From: an uncultured Gemmatimonadales bacterium
Lineage (GTDB): Bacteria; Gemmatimonadota; Gemmatimonadetes; Longimicrobiales; RSA9
Direction of reading: 5' to 3'
Length of the DNA stretch: 64,000 nucleotides
Assembly (NCBI GenBank): GCA_963741945.1
Contig: CAVUKA010000001.1
Coordinates: 1,280,001-1,344,000, forward strand
Positions 20,076 through 29,428 of the stretch are shown here, piece by piece. The notes beneath the pieces are model-generated. The model saw only the letters and a program-made list of their open reading frames with translations. It made no database searches and was not told the origin of the DNA. Within the stretch, counting starts at the first letter, position 1. Each line of letters begins with the position of its first letter. Position numbers and translations under genes: made by a program.

Positions 20076-21935
20076 ATGGTGACCAGGAGGGAGGTCGGGG
20101 TGCGGATCGCGGGGTTCTTCTCGGAATTGCGGCGGCGGCGCGTCTGGCGGGTGGGGGGCGCGTACGTCCTCGTCGTCTGGATGGCCGTGGAGATCGTGAT
20201 CGAGACGTTCCCGCTCTTCGGGTTCCCGGAATGGGTGAGCCGCGGTGTGGTGGTGCTCGCCTTCCTCGGCTTCCCGGTTACGCTGATCCTGGCGTGGGCG
20301 TTCGACATCACGCCCGAGGGCGTGGTCCGAACGGCATCGTTGAAGGACCTCCCGCAAGGGGGCGTGCCGCCGACCCTTTCGCCGGCGGAGGCGGGCGCGG
20401 GCGCGCTGGCGCCGTCGTCGCACCCGCAGGTGGTGATGCAGCGGCGCCCGCTGCGCATGGCCGGCGTGTTCGGCGCCGGGATCGTCGTCGCCCTCGTCGG
20501 ATTCGGCGCATACGCTGCGTTCATCCCGGGCGCCGTGGTGCACCCGGAGCGGGTGGATGCGGTGGCGGTGCTCCCGTTCTCGGACCTGAGCCCGGCGCAG
20601 GATCAGGGGTTCTTCGCCGACGGGGTGACGGAAGAGCTGATCAACCGGCTGGCGCGGATCCGGGATATCCGCGTGGCGGCGCGGGCGTCGTCGTTCGCGT
20701 TCCGCAGCCGCGAGGCGGGACTGGAGGAGATCGGGCGACGGCTGGGAGTGGATGCGCTGGTGGAGGGGAGCGTCCGCCGCGACGGCAACCAGCTGCGCGT
20801 CACGGTGGAGCTCGTGGATGTGAAGTCCGGCTTCCAGATCTGGTCCCAGCAGTACGACCGCACCGCCAGCGACATTTTCGGCATCCAGGACGAGATCTCC
20901 GACGCCATCGCCGAGGCGCTCCGGCTCCAGCTGGTGGCGGGAACGTCGGAGCTGCGTGCGGGCACGTCCAGCGTCCGCGCCCACGACGCCTACCTCCTGG
21001 GCCTGGCACGCTGGCACGGCCGCACGGAGGCCGACCTGCGGCGAGCGCTCGAGTACTTCCAGCAGGCGCTCGCGGAGGACGAGTCGTACGCCCTGGCCCA
21101 CGCCGGCATCGCGCTGACGTATGCCGTCCTGCCGGTTTACAGCGACTTCCCCGTGGACTCGGCCATCTCGCTGGGCACCGAGGCCGCCGCCCGCGCGCTG
21201 GCGCTGGACGCGCAACTCGCCGAAGCGCACGCTGCGCTCGGGCAGATCGCGCAGACGCTCGAATGGAATCTCGAGGGGGCCGCCATGGCGTACCGGCGCG
21301 CGCTCGAGTTCCAGCCCAACTACGCCACGGGGCACCAGTGGTACGCCGAGACGCTGCTCATGATGGGGCGGCTCGCGGAGGCGAGGGTGGAGGTGGACCG
21401 CGCTCTGGACATCGACCCGCTCTCGCTGCCGGCGCGCTACATCCTGGGTTACCTGGAGACGGTCGACCACGACTACGACAGCGCCCGGGGGACCCTGGCC
21501 CGGGTCACCGACGCGAACCCCGGCTACATCGTCGGCCAGCGCGGGCTGCTCCTGCTCTGTCTGGCGGCGGGGTGCCCGGCCGGGCAGGCGGAAGCGGCAG
21601 CGCGGGCGGTGTACCCGCCGGACGTGGCCGCCAGCGTCGTGGCCGTGGTCGGGGCCGTGGCGGATCCCGGCCGGCGAGGCACGGCGCTGGAGGGGCTGGA
21701 ACGCATCGAAGCCTCGCTCTCGCCCGCGCAGGCCGCGCTCTTCCATGCGGCGCTCGGTGATCGCGCGGCGGCAGTCGAGCGGCTCGAGCGGGCATACAAC
21801 GAGGGAGTGGACCCGAACCTCCCGTTCTACATGGTCCACCCCCTCTTCGACCCGCTGCGCCCGGATCCCCGGTTTCAGGCCATAGCCGACGCCATCGGCG
21901 TGGAGGCCCCCGCCGCTCGCCTGCCGGCGCGCTGA
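20076..21935 (+). CDS. Membrane protein with TolB-like N-terminal domain and TPR repeats
   Basis: FFSELRRRRV..AY, AVLPF.DLS..DG.TEELI, TPR repeats. Confidence 0.85.
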   Translation: MVTRREVGVRIAGFFSELRRRRVWRVGGAYVLVVWMAVEIVIETFPLFGFPEWVSRGVVVLAFLGFPVTLILAWAFDITPEGVVRTASLKDLPQGGVPPTLSPAEAGAGALAPSSHPQVVMQRRPLRMAGVFGAGIVVALVGFGAYAAFIPGAVVHPERVDAVAVLPFSDLSPAQDQGFFADGVTEELINRLARIRDIRVAARASSFAFRSREAGLEEIGRRLGVDALVEGSVRRDGNQLRVTVELVDVKSGFQIWSQQYDRTASDIFGIQDEISDAIAEALRLQLVAGTSELRAGTSSVRAHDAYLLGLARWHGRTEADLRRALEYFQQALAEDESYALAHAGIALTYAVLPVYSDFPVDSAISLGTEAAARALALDAQLAEAHAALGQIAQTLEWNLEGAAMAYRRALEFQPNYATGHQWYAETLLMMGRLAEARVEVDRALDIDPLSLPARYILGYLETVDHDYDSARGTLARVTDANPGYIVGQRGLLLLCLAAGCPAGQAEAAARAVYPPDVAASVVAVVGAVADPGRRGTALEGLERIEASLSPAQAALFHAALGDRAAAVERLERAYNEGVDPNLPFYMVHPLFDPLRPDPRFQAIADAIGVEAPAARLPAR

Positions 21936-21939
21936 CGCC

Positions 21940-22857
21940 TCAGGCCACCGGCGTCGGCCCCATCTCCCGGACCACACCCGCCGCCGTGGGGCGGAACAGG
22001 AGGACCGGCAGCTGTACGCTCCGGACCACGCTCTCCGCCACGCTGCCCATCATGATCCTGCGCAGGCCGCCGCGGCCGTGCGTGGCCATGGCGACCAGGT
22101 CCACGTCCTCGCGCCGCGCCTCGGCCACGATCCCCGCCCCGGGGTTCGCGTGCTCCACCACCCGAACGTCCACCGGGCCGATCTCCGGCGGGATCCGCTC
22201 ACGAACTTCCCTCAGCGAACGCTCCGCCGCTTCCGCAGTCCGGTCGCCGGGTCTCAGCAACCGCACGAGGCCGTTGTAGCGGGTCACGACCTCCAGCAGC
22301 GACACCCGGGCGCCCGTGGCCCGCGCCAGCTCCAGCGCCGGCGCGACGGCTTCCCGGGAGAAGTCGGAGCCGTCGAGCGCGATCAGGATACGACGGAGGG
22401 GGAGCAGCGGCCGCTCGATCGGGGTAACCAGCACGGGGAGGCCGCCCGTCCTCACCAGCTCCCGCGTGCACCAGTTCAACCCGTCCAGGTGCAGATCCCG
22501 CGCGGGCGCGATGACCAGCAGCTTCTCGTCCGGTCGTCCCAGATCCCCGCTCAGCGGCGGGTGCACCACCCGCGTGGAAATGGTCAGCTCCGGCTCGTCC
22601 TCCGCCAGCCGGTCCGCGATGTCGGTGAGCCAGTCCAGCTCAGCGGCTTCCGCGTCCAGGTCCAGCCCCGTCCAGCGCTCCACCACGTGCTGGTACCGGT
22701 ACTGCGGAAGCGCTTGGAGCTCGGCCGGCGCTTCGGCGCACTGGTGGACGTGCAGGAGCGTGAGCTCGCAGCGCAGGTCTCGGGCGAGGGTACGGGCGTG
22801 GGCCAGGCACGGGGTCTCGGCGTCCTCGGCCAGCGGCACGATGACACGGTCGTACAT
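21940..22857 (-). CDS. Tandem universal stress protein
   Basis: RILIALDGS, MATHGRGGLRRIMMGSVAESV; RBS GGAGG. Confidence 0.9.
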   Translation of the reverse strand: MYDRVIVPLAEDAETPCLAHARTLARDLRCELTLLHVHQCAEAPAELQALPQYRYQHVVERWTGLDLDAEAAELDWLTDIADRLAEDEPELTISTRVVHPPLSGDLGRPDEKLLVIAPARDLHLDGLNWCTRELVRTGGLPVLVTPIERPLLPLRRILIALDGSDFSREAVAPALELARATGARVSLLEVVTRYNGLVRLLRPGDRTAEAAERSLREVRERIPPEIGPVDVRVVEHANPGAGIVAEARREDVDLVAMATHGRGGLRRIMMGSVAESVVRSVQLPVLLFRPTAAGVVREMGPTPVA

Positions 22858-23030
22858 GCGGCCTCCTTGGAACGGGCGAGCGGAGCGAGGGACTCTATCT
22901 ACAATTTCGGGCGTGGCGCCGCCTCTGTCTGTCGGAAATTTCTTGATCCTCCCGTGGGGCGCTTCCCGAGCCGTGCCGCCAGGCCGGAGAACCGGTTGCG
23001 GCCGTTCCGGCCGCGTGGTAGCCTCCCGGC

Positions 23031-23696
23031 ATGCCCACACCGGCCGTGGAAGACTACCTGAAAGCGATCTACCTCCTCTCCGAGGGAGAGGGCGGGGCCG
23101 TGGTCGGCACGTCGGCGATCGCCGAGCGCCTCGGCGTCGCGCCGGCGTCGGTGACGGGGATGCTGAAGCGGCTCGGGACGCAGGGGCTGGTGCGCCACGA
23201 GCGCTACCAGGGCGCGTCGCTTACGGCGCCAGGGAAGCGCGAAGCCATCCGGATGATCCGGCGTCACCGGGTCCTGGAACTGTTCCTGGTGGAGGTGCTG
23301 GGCTACACGTGGGACCTGGTCCACGAGGAGGCGGAGCGACTCGAGCACGCCGCTTCGGATGCCATGGTGGACCGCATGGCGCGTGTGCTGGGGGACCCGG
23401 AAGTGGACCCGCACGGCCACCCCATTCCCAGCGCCGCGGGGAAGATGGACGCGCTGGCGCTCCCCACGCTCGCGGAGCTCGAAGCGCACACGCCCGCGGT
23501 CCTGCGCCGCGTACCGGACGACGACGCGGAAGCGCTGCGCTACATGGCGCGTCTCAACCTGGTCCCCGGCGTGGAAGTGGAGGTGATCGAGCGCGGACCG
23601 GCGCAGGGCCCGCTCCGCATCCGGGTGGGGTCGGGGGAAGAAGTGGTGAGTCGCGATCTCGCGTCCCGGGTCCACGTCGAGCGAACACCGCCGTAG
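23031..23696 (+). CDS. DtxR/MntR metal-dependent regulator with FeoA-like domain
   Basis: EDYLKAIY, RRHRVLELFL, HEEAERLEH, DPHGHPIP. Confidence 0.92.
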   Translation: MPTPAVEDYLKAIYLLSEGEGGAVVGTSAIAERLGVAPASVTGMLKRLGTQGLVRHERYQGASLTAPGKREAIRMIRRHRVLELFLVEVLGYTWDLVHEEAERLEHAASDAMVDRMARVLGDPEVDPHGHPIPSAAGKMDALALPTLAELEAHTPAVLRRVPDDDAEALRYMARLNLVPGVEVEVIERGPAQGPLRIRVGSGEEVVSRDLASRVHVERTPP

Positions 23697-23725
23697 CGTC
23701 CAGCAGCGGCCGCGCCCCGCCCGCG

Positions 23726-24553
23726 TCAGGAGCCCTGGAGCGCCCGGTACGCCTTCATGTGCCGGAGCGCGGACACGCCGTCGCCGAGGCGCTCGCACGC
23801 GAGGGAGAGGTGGTAGTGCGCGTCGGCCCAGCCCGGCTCCGTCCCCACCGCGAGCGTGAACGCATCCCTCGCCGCCCGCCCGCGCCCCACATCCTCGAGG
23901 GCGACGCCGAGGTGGAACGCCGCGCTCGCGTGGCCGCCGCCGCTCGCTTCCAGTGCGCGACGGTACTGCACGATGGCCGCTTCCGTCGCCCCTTCCTCGT
24001 AGAACAGGCGGCCGAGGTGGAGCAGCGCGTCGGCGTGCCCGGGCTCCAGCGCCACCGCCCGGGAGAACGCTTCACGGGCCTGCGCCGGTGCGTGCGTCTC
24101 CAGCTCGAGGCCGAGGTCGAACCACTCCGCCGCGGACTCGGCACGCTCCCCGGCCGCGCCCAGGGCTCGGACCGCCAGCGGCTCGGCGCGGGCCGCGAGG
24201 TCGGCCACATCGAACACCAGGTGCATCTGCCCCGATGCGGGCGCCCAGGCATTGGCGCCATCGCGCACCACCACCTCATCGCCGTCCGCCGCGATGCGGA
24301 CTGCGGTGAGGGAGCGATCGTGTGGCAGCTGCTCCTTCAGGCGACGCAGGGCGATCACGATCCGGCGCTGGGGGACCGCCACGTCCATCAGCCCCTTGGC
24401 CGTGCGCAGCAGCACCAGGTCCTGGAAGCCGAAACGGTAATGGTTTCCGGGGCCCCGCTCGGGGTCGAGCACGCCCGACCGCGCGTAGTCCCTGACCTGT
24501 CGCGGACTCAGACCGAGCAGGTCCGCCACCTCCTTCGTGCTGTAGCCTTTCAT
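23726..24553 (-). CDS. MerR-HTH plus TPR protein
   Basis: YSTKEVADLLGL..YRFGFQDLVLLR; C-terminal TPRs. Confidence 0.8.
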   Translation of the reverse strand: MKGYSTKEVADLLGLSPRQVRDYARSGVLDPERGPGNHYRFGFQDLVLLRTAKGLMDVAVPQRRIVIALRRLKEQLPHDRSLTAVRIAADGDEVVVRDGANAWAPASGQMHLVFDVADLAARAEPLAVRALGAAGERAESAAEWFDLGLELETHAPAQAREAFSRAVALEPGHADALLHLGRLFYEEGATEAAIVQYRRALEASGGGHASAAFHLGVALEDVGRGRAARDAFTLAVGTEPGWADAHYHLSLACERLGDGVSALRHMKAYRALQGS

Positions 24554-24638
24554 CGCCCCCGTCGCGCCGCTGTTCGATTCATGCGCCTGGAGAATAGCCC
24601 GTTGAGAGGCGCGGATGACACCCCTACCTTCCCCACTC

Positions 24639-25310
24639 ATGGCACGGACCCTGGAGATCTCCATCCCCGGGCACGGGCGCGTCGGCGCCCTGTTGGACCG
24701 CCCCGACCGGCCGCGCGCCCTCCTGGCCCTCGCCCACGGCGCCGGCGCCGGCATGCGACACACGTTCATGGCCGCCGTGAGCCGCGGACTCCTCGCCCAC
24801 GGGGTGGCCACGCTCCGCTACCAGTTCCCCTACATGGAGGCCGGACGCAAGCGTCCCGACAGCCCGGCCGTGGCCGTGGCCACGGTGCGGGCCGCCACGC
24901 GCTACGCCCGGGATGCGGCGGACGGGCTCCCCTTTTTCGCGGGCGGCAAGTCGTTCGGCGGCCGCATGACGTCGCAGGCCGCAGCGGAAGAGCCCCTGCC
25001 GGGAGCGCGGGGGCTGGTGTTCCTCGGCTTCCCTCTTCACGCCGCCGGCCGCCCCGGCACGGCGCGCGCCGACCACTTGCGCGGGGTGCCGCTCCCGATG
25101 CTCTTCGTCCAGGGCACGCGTGACCCCCTGGCCGAGCCAGCGCTCATCGAGGATGTCGCGGCCGGCATGGCCGACAAGGCGACGCTCCACGTCATACAGG
25201 GCGGGGATCATTCCTTCCGCGTGCTGAAACGCTCCGGCCGGACGGACGAGGAAGCGCTGGGAGAGGTGGTGGACGTCGTCGCCGGCTGGATCCTCGACCG
25301 CTCCGGCTGA
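24639..25310 (+). CDS. Alpha/beta hydrolase (KANL3/Tex30-like)
   Basis: [26 protein letters not shown]. Confidence 0.88.
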   Translation: MARTLEISIPGHGRVGALLDRPDRPRALLALAHGAGAGMRHTFMAAVSRGLLAHGVATLRYQFPYMEAGRKRPDSPAVAVATVRAATRYARDAADGLPFFAGGKSFGGRMTSQAAAEEPLPGARGLVFLGFPLHAAGRPGTARADHLRGVPLPMLFVQGTRDPLAEPALIEDVAAGMADKATLHVIQGGDHSFRVLKRSGRTDEEALGEVVDVVAGWILDRSG

Positions 25311-25328
25311 AGCTGCGCCGCGGCCGCG

Positions 25329-26285
25329 CTACGGCACCCGCACCAGGGAGTACTCCCGGCGGATCTCCCGGCCATCGGCGGTGTGCACGATCAGCGGTAT
25401 CATCCGTCGGGGCGCCCCTCCCTGCGCGATCAGCGTGGTCCGGAAGGGGAGCGCCCGTGACGGTGGATCCGCCGCCGCCACCACACGGCCGTCCAGCGAA
25501 ACAGCCACCACGCCGGCGGTATCCTGGGCCACGCCGGCCACGCGGATGGTGTCACCCGGTGCCACCAGGGCCATGTGCTGCGGTTCACCCCAGCCTTCCG
25601 GCGAGGAGATGAGGACGCCGCCGTCCCGCATCATGTCCTCGCTCAAGGCCCTGAGCTGCTCGATACCTCCGATGGAGTCGAGCGCGCCCATGGCCTGCTG
25701 CATGGCGGCCCGCCAGTCCGCGGATGGCGGGATCGCGCCCTCCCCCTCGGCCCCGGGCGCCGAGATCTCCGGGATGGGCGGCACTGGCACGCCCGGTCGG
25801 TTGCGCCGCTCGGCCCGGGAAACGGGCGCGCCATCCCCTGTTTCACCCGCCACACCGTCAGCCTGGCCCTCCGGCGGACCGCCATTGCTCAGGAGCAGCG
25901 CCACGCCGACACCGCTCCCGATCGCCACCAGGAGGACGGCCACGGCCGCTATCCACGTGGGACCGCTGCCGCCTCCGGCGGCGGCGGGAGCGGACCCGGT
26001 CGGCTCGCCCGGCCCAGAGGGGGCGGGCTCCTCGTCGGTCTGCCGGTGGATGCCGCCCGGCCCGAGCTCGAAGACCCACGCGAGGACGAGGACGGCCGGG
26101 AAGCCGACGGCGGCGGCGATGATGACGGCGGTGACCACGCTCTGGGGCCAGCCCAGGTTCGGCGCCACCACGTCGGCGAACTGGATCGCGGCCCAGGCGG
26201 CGACGAGATAGACGGCGGCGGTCTGCGGCACGTGACGGCGCCGCAGCTCCTGGATGAATTGCTGCACTGGAGATCGCTGGCCCAT
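25329..26285 (-). CDS. Membrane protein sharing the ELRRRxV N-terminal module with 20076
   Basis: QELRRRHV..VY..GFP..LVLAWVFE; three TM segments. Confidence 0.75.
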   Translation of the reverse strand: MGQRSPVQQFIQELRRRHVPQTAAVYLVAAWAAIQFADVVAPNLGWPQSVVTAVIIAAAVGFPAVLVLAWVFELGPGGIHRQTDEEPAPSGPGEPTGSAPAAAGGGSGPTWIAAVAVLLVAIGSGVGVALLLSNGGPPEGQADGVAGETGDGAPVSRAERRNRPGVPVPPIPEISAPGAEGEGAIPPSADWRAAMQQAMGALDSIGGIEQLRALSEDMMRDGGVLISSPEGWGEPQHMALVAPGDTIRVAGVAQDTAGVVAVSLDGRVVAAADPPSRALPFRTTLIAQGGAPRRMIPLIVHTADGREIRREYSLVRVP

Positions 26286-26360
26286 GCTACAGAGATGCGA
26301 AACGGCCCGCGCTCAGGATAGTCGCGGGCCGCCCGCCCTGCAACGCCGGCCCTCTTCCCG

Positions 26361-26780
26361 TCAGTCCTCCAGGTCCGCCTCCGCCCGCGGTCCCGTCACC
26401 GCAACCCACTGCTCCCCGTCGAGGCGCATCATGCTCCACGTATTGACGGTCCCGCAGTCGGGGCAGTGGGCGTGCGTCTCATCGATGATCTCCAGCTCGA
26501 CCACGCGCTGGCACCCGTCGCACAACGCGCGGACATGCTCGAGACGCTGCGGGCGCAGGCCGCTGCGCGCCAGGCGCACGCCCATCACCACCCGCGGCAC
26601 CCGGAACACGGAGCAGAGTGGACTGGTGCACTGGGGGCCGAAATCCAGGCACACCAGCTCGCCGGCGTCCGGGAGGGTGGCGTGTCCCCCGTGGAGCGGC
26701 GCCGGGGAGAGGGTGACGGTGACGTCGTGACCGCACTTCGGGCAGTAGAGCGTCCGCGTTTCACCCGGTCCAGCATCCAT
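26361..26780 (-). CDS. Cys-rich putative metal-binding protein (9 Cys)
   Basis: YCPKC..VCLDFGPQCTSPLC..CDGC..CPDC; RBS GAGGAG. Confidence 0.8.
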   Translation of the reverse strand: MDAGPGETRTLYCPKCGHDVTVTLSPAPLHGGHATLPDAGELVCLDFGPQCTSPLCSVFRVPRVVMGVRLARSGLRPQRLEHVRALCDGCQRVVELEIIDETHAHCPDCGTVNTWSMMRLDGEQWVAVTGPRAEADLED

Positions 26781-26792
26781 GGTGTATCCTCC

Positions 26793-27014
26793 TCAGCTCT
26801 GCTTCCGGAGGCCACTGCGGTCCAGCTCGTCCCGCATCTGTTCCGGCGCGACGCCGAACAGCGGGCAGAGCGCGCCGGTGCACGTGTCGCCGTAGGCGAG
26901 GCACACCATGGCGTCCGTGGGGATCGGCTCCCCGGGAACGGGCTCGAAGTCCGGCCGGAGCGCGATCTCGACCTCACGGTCGCAAGCCGAGCAGTACGCC
27001 TTGTGCATGCTCAT
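26793..27014 (-). CDS. Small Cys-rich protein paralogous to 26361-26780
   Basis: YCSAC..VCLAYGDTCTGALC; RBS GGAGGAG. Confidence 0.8.
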   Translation of the reverse strand: MSMHKAYCSACDREVEIALRPDFEPVPGEPIPTDAMVCLAYGDTCTGALCPLFGVAPEQMRDELDRSGLRKQS

Positions 27015-27023
27015 GGTCTCCTC

Positions 27024-28019
27024 CTAGGCGATGTACAGCAGTTCCGCGCGCGGGTCCACCCGCCGGACCAGACGGTCGCCGGCGGCCGCGCTCTCACCGA
27101 ACGCGGCCGTCCCGCCCGCATCGGCATCAATGCACCGGTCGGCCGCCACGGTCACGCTGTGCTCGGCCGTGCGGCGGGGCGCCCCGGTGCCCGGATCTAT
27201 GAGGTGCGAATAGCGCCGCCCCCTGTAGTCGAAGTACTGCTCGTAATCGCCGGACGTGGCCACGGCGCGGTCGCTCATGCGGAAGCGCGCAATGAGTCCG
27301 GCCGGATTCGCGGGGTCGCGGACGCCGACCTCCCACGCGTCCCCATCCTCGGACATGCCCATGGCGTAGAGGTCCCCGCCCGCGTTGACCAGCGCGTTTT
27401 CGATGCCCATCTCCCGCAGCGCGGCCACCGCGCGGTCCACCGCGTATCCTTTCGCGATCCCGCCCAGGTCGAGGGAGACGGCCGGATCGTGATAGAGCAG
27501 GACATCGCTGCCGCCATGGCGCCCGAGCTCCAGGGCGCGGTACAGCCCGGAGCGGGCGACGCTCCGCACTTCACCCTCCGCGGGCGGCGCCTGCCGGTGC
27601 TTCACGTCCCACAGGCGCACGGCCCGTCCGATGGCCGGGTCGAACGCTCCGTCCGTCTTCGACGCCCAGTCGAGCGCGGAAGCGACCACCGTGGCTGTCG
27701 CGGCGCTCACCGGCACCGGCCGCTTCAGCGCCTCCAGGTTCGCGCGTCCCACTTCCGAATGGTCGCTGAAACGCGTCATGGTCCGGTCCACCGCACGCAG
27801 CTCCGCCAGAGCGGCATCGATGGCCGCCTCGGCCCGGCGCACGTCCGTGTGCACCACGCCCACTTCCGCGATCGTGCCCATGACCGGGATGGTGCGGCGG
27901 ACCAGGCGTGCGCGGCGGGGCCGGATCACGCCGGGCGTCGCCGCAACGACGAACGCGCCGAGGCCCAGGCTGATGAACTCGCGCCGCGTGGGGCGCCGGT
28001 CGCTTTCAGGATTCTTCAT
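27024..28019 (-). CDS. apbE: FAD:protein FMN transferase with Tat signal
   Basis: TRREFI, VMGT, DLGGIAKGYAVD, ATSGDYE, HLIDP. Confidence 0.92.
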   Translation of the reverse strand: MKNPESDRRPTRREFISLGLGAFVVAATPGVIRPRRARLVRRTIPVMGTIAEVGVVHTDVRRAEAAIDAALAELRAVDRTMTRFSDHSEVGRANLEALKRPVPVSAATATVVASALDWASKTDGAFDPAIGRAVRLWDVKHRQAPPAEGEVRSVARSGLYRALELGRHGGSDVLLYHDPAVSLDLGGIAKGYAVDRAVAALREMGIENALVNAGGDLYAMGMSEDGDAWEVGVRDPANPAGLIARFRMSDRAVATSGDYEQYFDYRGRRYSHLIDPGTGAPRRTAEHSVTVAADRCIDADAGGTAAFGESAAAGDRLVRRVDPRAELLYIA

Positions 28020-28020
28020 T

Positions 28021-28164
28021 TCACTGCTCCGTGTACTTGCACGAGCCACCGCCGCACGAGCCGCAGCTCCCACCGCTGCACCCCTTCCTGCGGAGCGCCG
28101 GCGCCAGGAGGCCGAACGCTCCGAACAGCACCGCAAACCCGAGCACCGCCAGCACCGCGCTCAT
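28021..28164 (-). CDS. 47-aa single-TM protein with 4 Cys (NqrM-like)
   Basis: MSAVLAVLGFAVLFGAFGLLAPALRRKGCSGGSCGSCGGGSCKYTEQ; ATGA overlap with rnfA stop. Confidence 0.7.
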   Translation of the reverse strand: MSAVLAVLGFAVLFGAFGLLAPALRRKGCSGGSCGSCGGGSCKYTEQ

Positions 28165-28739
28165 GAGCTGAACAGCCCGGCGAAGCCCATGAACGCCAGC
28201 GACAGGCTGCCGGCCATGATGAGCACCAGCCCCATCCCCTTCGCCACCCCCGGCACGGTGGAGAACTGCGTCCGTTCCCGGATCGATGCCATGAGCACCA
28301 GGGCGAGGGTGAGGCCGAGACCCGCGCCAATGGCGAAGACCAGCCCTTCCATGAAGCCGTAGCCGCGATTGGTCTGGAAGATCGCCAGCCCGAGGATCGC
28401 GCAGTTCGTGGTGATCAGCGGAAGGTAGATCCCCAGCTCGCGGAAGAGCGCGGGGCTCACCTTCTTGATGGTCATCTCCACGATCTGCACCAGCGAGGCG
28501 ATCACCACGATGAAGGAGATCAGCCGCAGGTACGGCGCGGAGACCAGGACGTACGTGTTGAGGAACCACGCCGCGATGGACGTCAGGACCAGCACGAAGA
28601 TGTTGGCCATCCCCATGCGCACGGCCGTGCTCACCCGCCCCGAGACGCCCAGGAACGGGCACAGGCCGAGGAACATGGCCAGGGTGAAGTTGTTGACCAG
28701 CAGGGCCGAGATGAAAATGAAGAACAGCTCGCCACCCAT
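28161..28739 (-). CDS. rnfA: Rnf complex subunit A
   Basis: NNF..FLGLCPF, LGIYLPLITTNCAILG. Confidence 0.93.
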   Translation of the reverse strand: MGGELFFIFISALLVNNFTLAMFLGLCPFLGVSGRVSTAVRMGMANIFVLVLTSIAAWFLNTYVLVSAPYLRLISFIVVIASLVQIVEMTIKKVSPALFRELGIYLPLITTNCAILGLAIFQTNRGYGFMEGLVFAIGAGLGLTLALVLMASIRERTQFSTVPGVAKGMGLVLIMAGSLSLAFMGFAGLFSS

Positions 28740-29428
28740 CACGCCACCACCTTTCTGCTCTCGCTGGGCGTGCTGGACGCCACCCCATGCGGCCATTCAC
28801 GGATCGCCGGCCGCTTCGCCTTCCCCTTCTTGTCCTCCCACCAGCCGAACGCCAGCAGGATGAATCCGAGCGTGAAGAACCCGCCCGGAGGCAGCACGAA
28901 CACCACCCACGGCTCGAAGGACGGACCGAACACCGGCACGCCCAGTATGCTGCCGCTGCCCAGCAGCTCGCGGAACGTGCCCATCATCAGCAGCGCGATG
29001 GTGAAGCCGAGCCCCGTTCCCACGGCATCCAGGATCGAGCGGCCCACGCTGTGCTTCGACGAGAACGCCTCCTGCCGCCCCAGGATGATGCAGTTCACCA
29101 CGATCAACGCGATGAACGCCCCCAGCTCCTTGTGGATGTCGGGGACCACGGCCGCAAGCGTCAGGTCCGCCATGGTGACGAACGTGGCGATGATCAGGAT
29201 ATAGGCGCTGATCCGGACCTCGTTCGGGATCATCTTCTTGAGCAGCGAGACCAGGATGCTGCTCCCAACCAGCACGAAGAACGTGGCCGCGGCCATGGCG
29301 ATCGAGTTCGCCACCGTGTTGGTGACCGCCAGCGTCGGGCACAGCCCGAGCATCTGGACGAGCACCGGATTCTCGTTCCAGATCCCCCGCATGAAATCCT
29401 GCGAGGGCGTGGTCCTGCGCGGGCTCAC
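28739..29428 (-). CDS. rnfE: Rnf complex subunit E
   Basis: ENPVLVQMLGLCP, LIVVNCIILGR, LPPGGF. Confidence 0.93.
   Translation of the reverse strand: MSPRRTTPSQDFMRGIWNENPVLVQMLGLCPTLAVTNTVANSIAMAAATFFVLVGSSILVSLLKKMIPNEVRISAYILIIATFVTMADLTLAAVVPDIHKELGAFIALIVVNCIILGRQEAFSSKHSVGRSILDAVGTGLGFTIALLMMGTFRELLGSGSILGVPVFGPSFEPWVVFVLPPGGFFTLGFILLAFGWWEDKKGKAKRPAIREWPHGVASSTPSESRKVVA

Noticed and set aside
22900-22945. MntR/DtxR box (AATTTC...GAAATT)
   Set aside because: Half-sites are too far apart for a typical ~19-bp box; insufficient support
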